Positions 63,230 through 64,000 of a DNA stretch of 64,000 bases are shown here, one piece after another. Location: positions 184,698,001 through 184,762,000 of the forward strand of contig NC_042998.1 in assembly GCF_006345805.1 (NCBI RefSeq). The letters are read 5' to 3'. The translations under genes and the position numbers were made by a program. The notes beneath the pieces are model-generated. The model saw nothing but the letters and a program-made list of their open reading frames with translations, was not told the DNA's origin and searched no databases. Position 1 is the first letter of the stretch; every line of letters begins with the position of its first letter. Source of the DNA: Octopus sinensis (lineage: Eukaryota).

Positions 63230-63405
63230 GGCGCATGAGTGGCTGTGTAGTAAGTAGCTTGCTTACCAACCACATTGTTCTGGGTTCAGTCCCACTACGT
63301 GGCACCTTGGGAAAGTGTCTTCTACTATAGCCTCGGGCCGACCAAAGCCTTGTGAGTGGATTTTGTAGACCAAAACTGAAGAAGGCCGTCGTATATATGT
63401 ATATT

Positions 63406-63438
<33 letters not shown>

Positions 63439-63662
63439 TATACATATATATATGTGTGTGTGTCTGTACCCCCCCCAACAACAACAACATCGCTTGATAA
63501 CAGATTACTGGTGTGTTTAAGTCCCCGTAACTTAGCGGTTCGGAAAAGAGACCGACAGAATAGTAGTGGGTTTACAAATAATAAGTCCTGGGTCGAATTG
63601 CTCGACTAAAGGCGGTACTCCAGCATGGCCACAGTCAAATGAAACAAGAAAAGAGTAAGAGA
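63230..63662 (+). mobile_element. SINE family A, full length
   Basis: Matches the other family A copies. Confidence 0.9.
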
Positions 63663-63704
<42 letters not shown>

Positions 63705-63713
63705 CACACACAG

Positions 63714-63744
<31 letters not shown>

Positions 63745-63920
63745 CACACAAATATATATATATGTGCGTGCGTGTAATATACATATATATATATGCGTAT
63801 ATATGCGTATATATATGCACCTATATGTGTGCATATATGTATATATATGTGTGTGTGTGTGCGTCTGTGTGTGTATGTGTGTGTATGTATATGTTAGTGT
63901 GTGCGTGCGCGTGTATAAGG

Positions 63921-63950
63921 ATACCCGGTGTTGCCCGGGAATAAAACAAT
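63921..63950 (+). mobile_element. possible 5' hairpin of a second Helitron-like element, running off the window
   Basis: ATACCCGGTGTTGCCCGGGA resembles the hairpin at 60565-60583. Confidence 0.35.
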
Positions 63951-64000
63951 TTGAATGTTTCCCGCCATCGTCTGCAGACGTTTCGATACTTATATATTTT

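Overview
AT-rich, microsatellite-saturated eukaryotic DNA. The SINE families look like those of coleoid cephalopods, most likely Octopus; this is an inference from recalled repeat sequences, not a search. No host protein-coding gene can be supported: nearly all listed ORFs are translations of (TA)n/(CA)n/(TATC)n/trinucleotide repeats, and only weak exon candidates remain. The window holds about 30 tRNA-headed SINE copies and fossils of Tigger/pogo, mariner, a DD36E Tc1-like element, a hAT end, a HERO-like RLE retrotransposon and Helitron/HINE-like elements. It also holds an ORF1-only retroelement that shares its 3' tail with a SINE, and two 100-N gaps. The most striking signal is a set of type I hammerhead ribozyme motifs: one complete motif present in both orientations at 29.6/30.2 kb, minimal U3-A8 covariant motifs at 24.0 and 47.1 kb, and several decayed ones. 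They sit inside TA-microsatellite-flanked tandem or fold-back elements, as expected for Penelope-like pseudo-LTRs or retrozymes.
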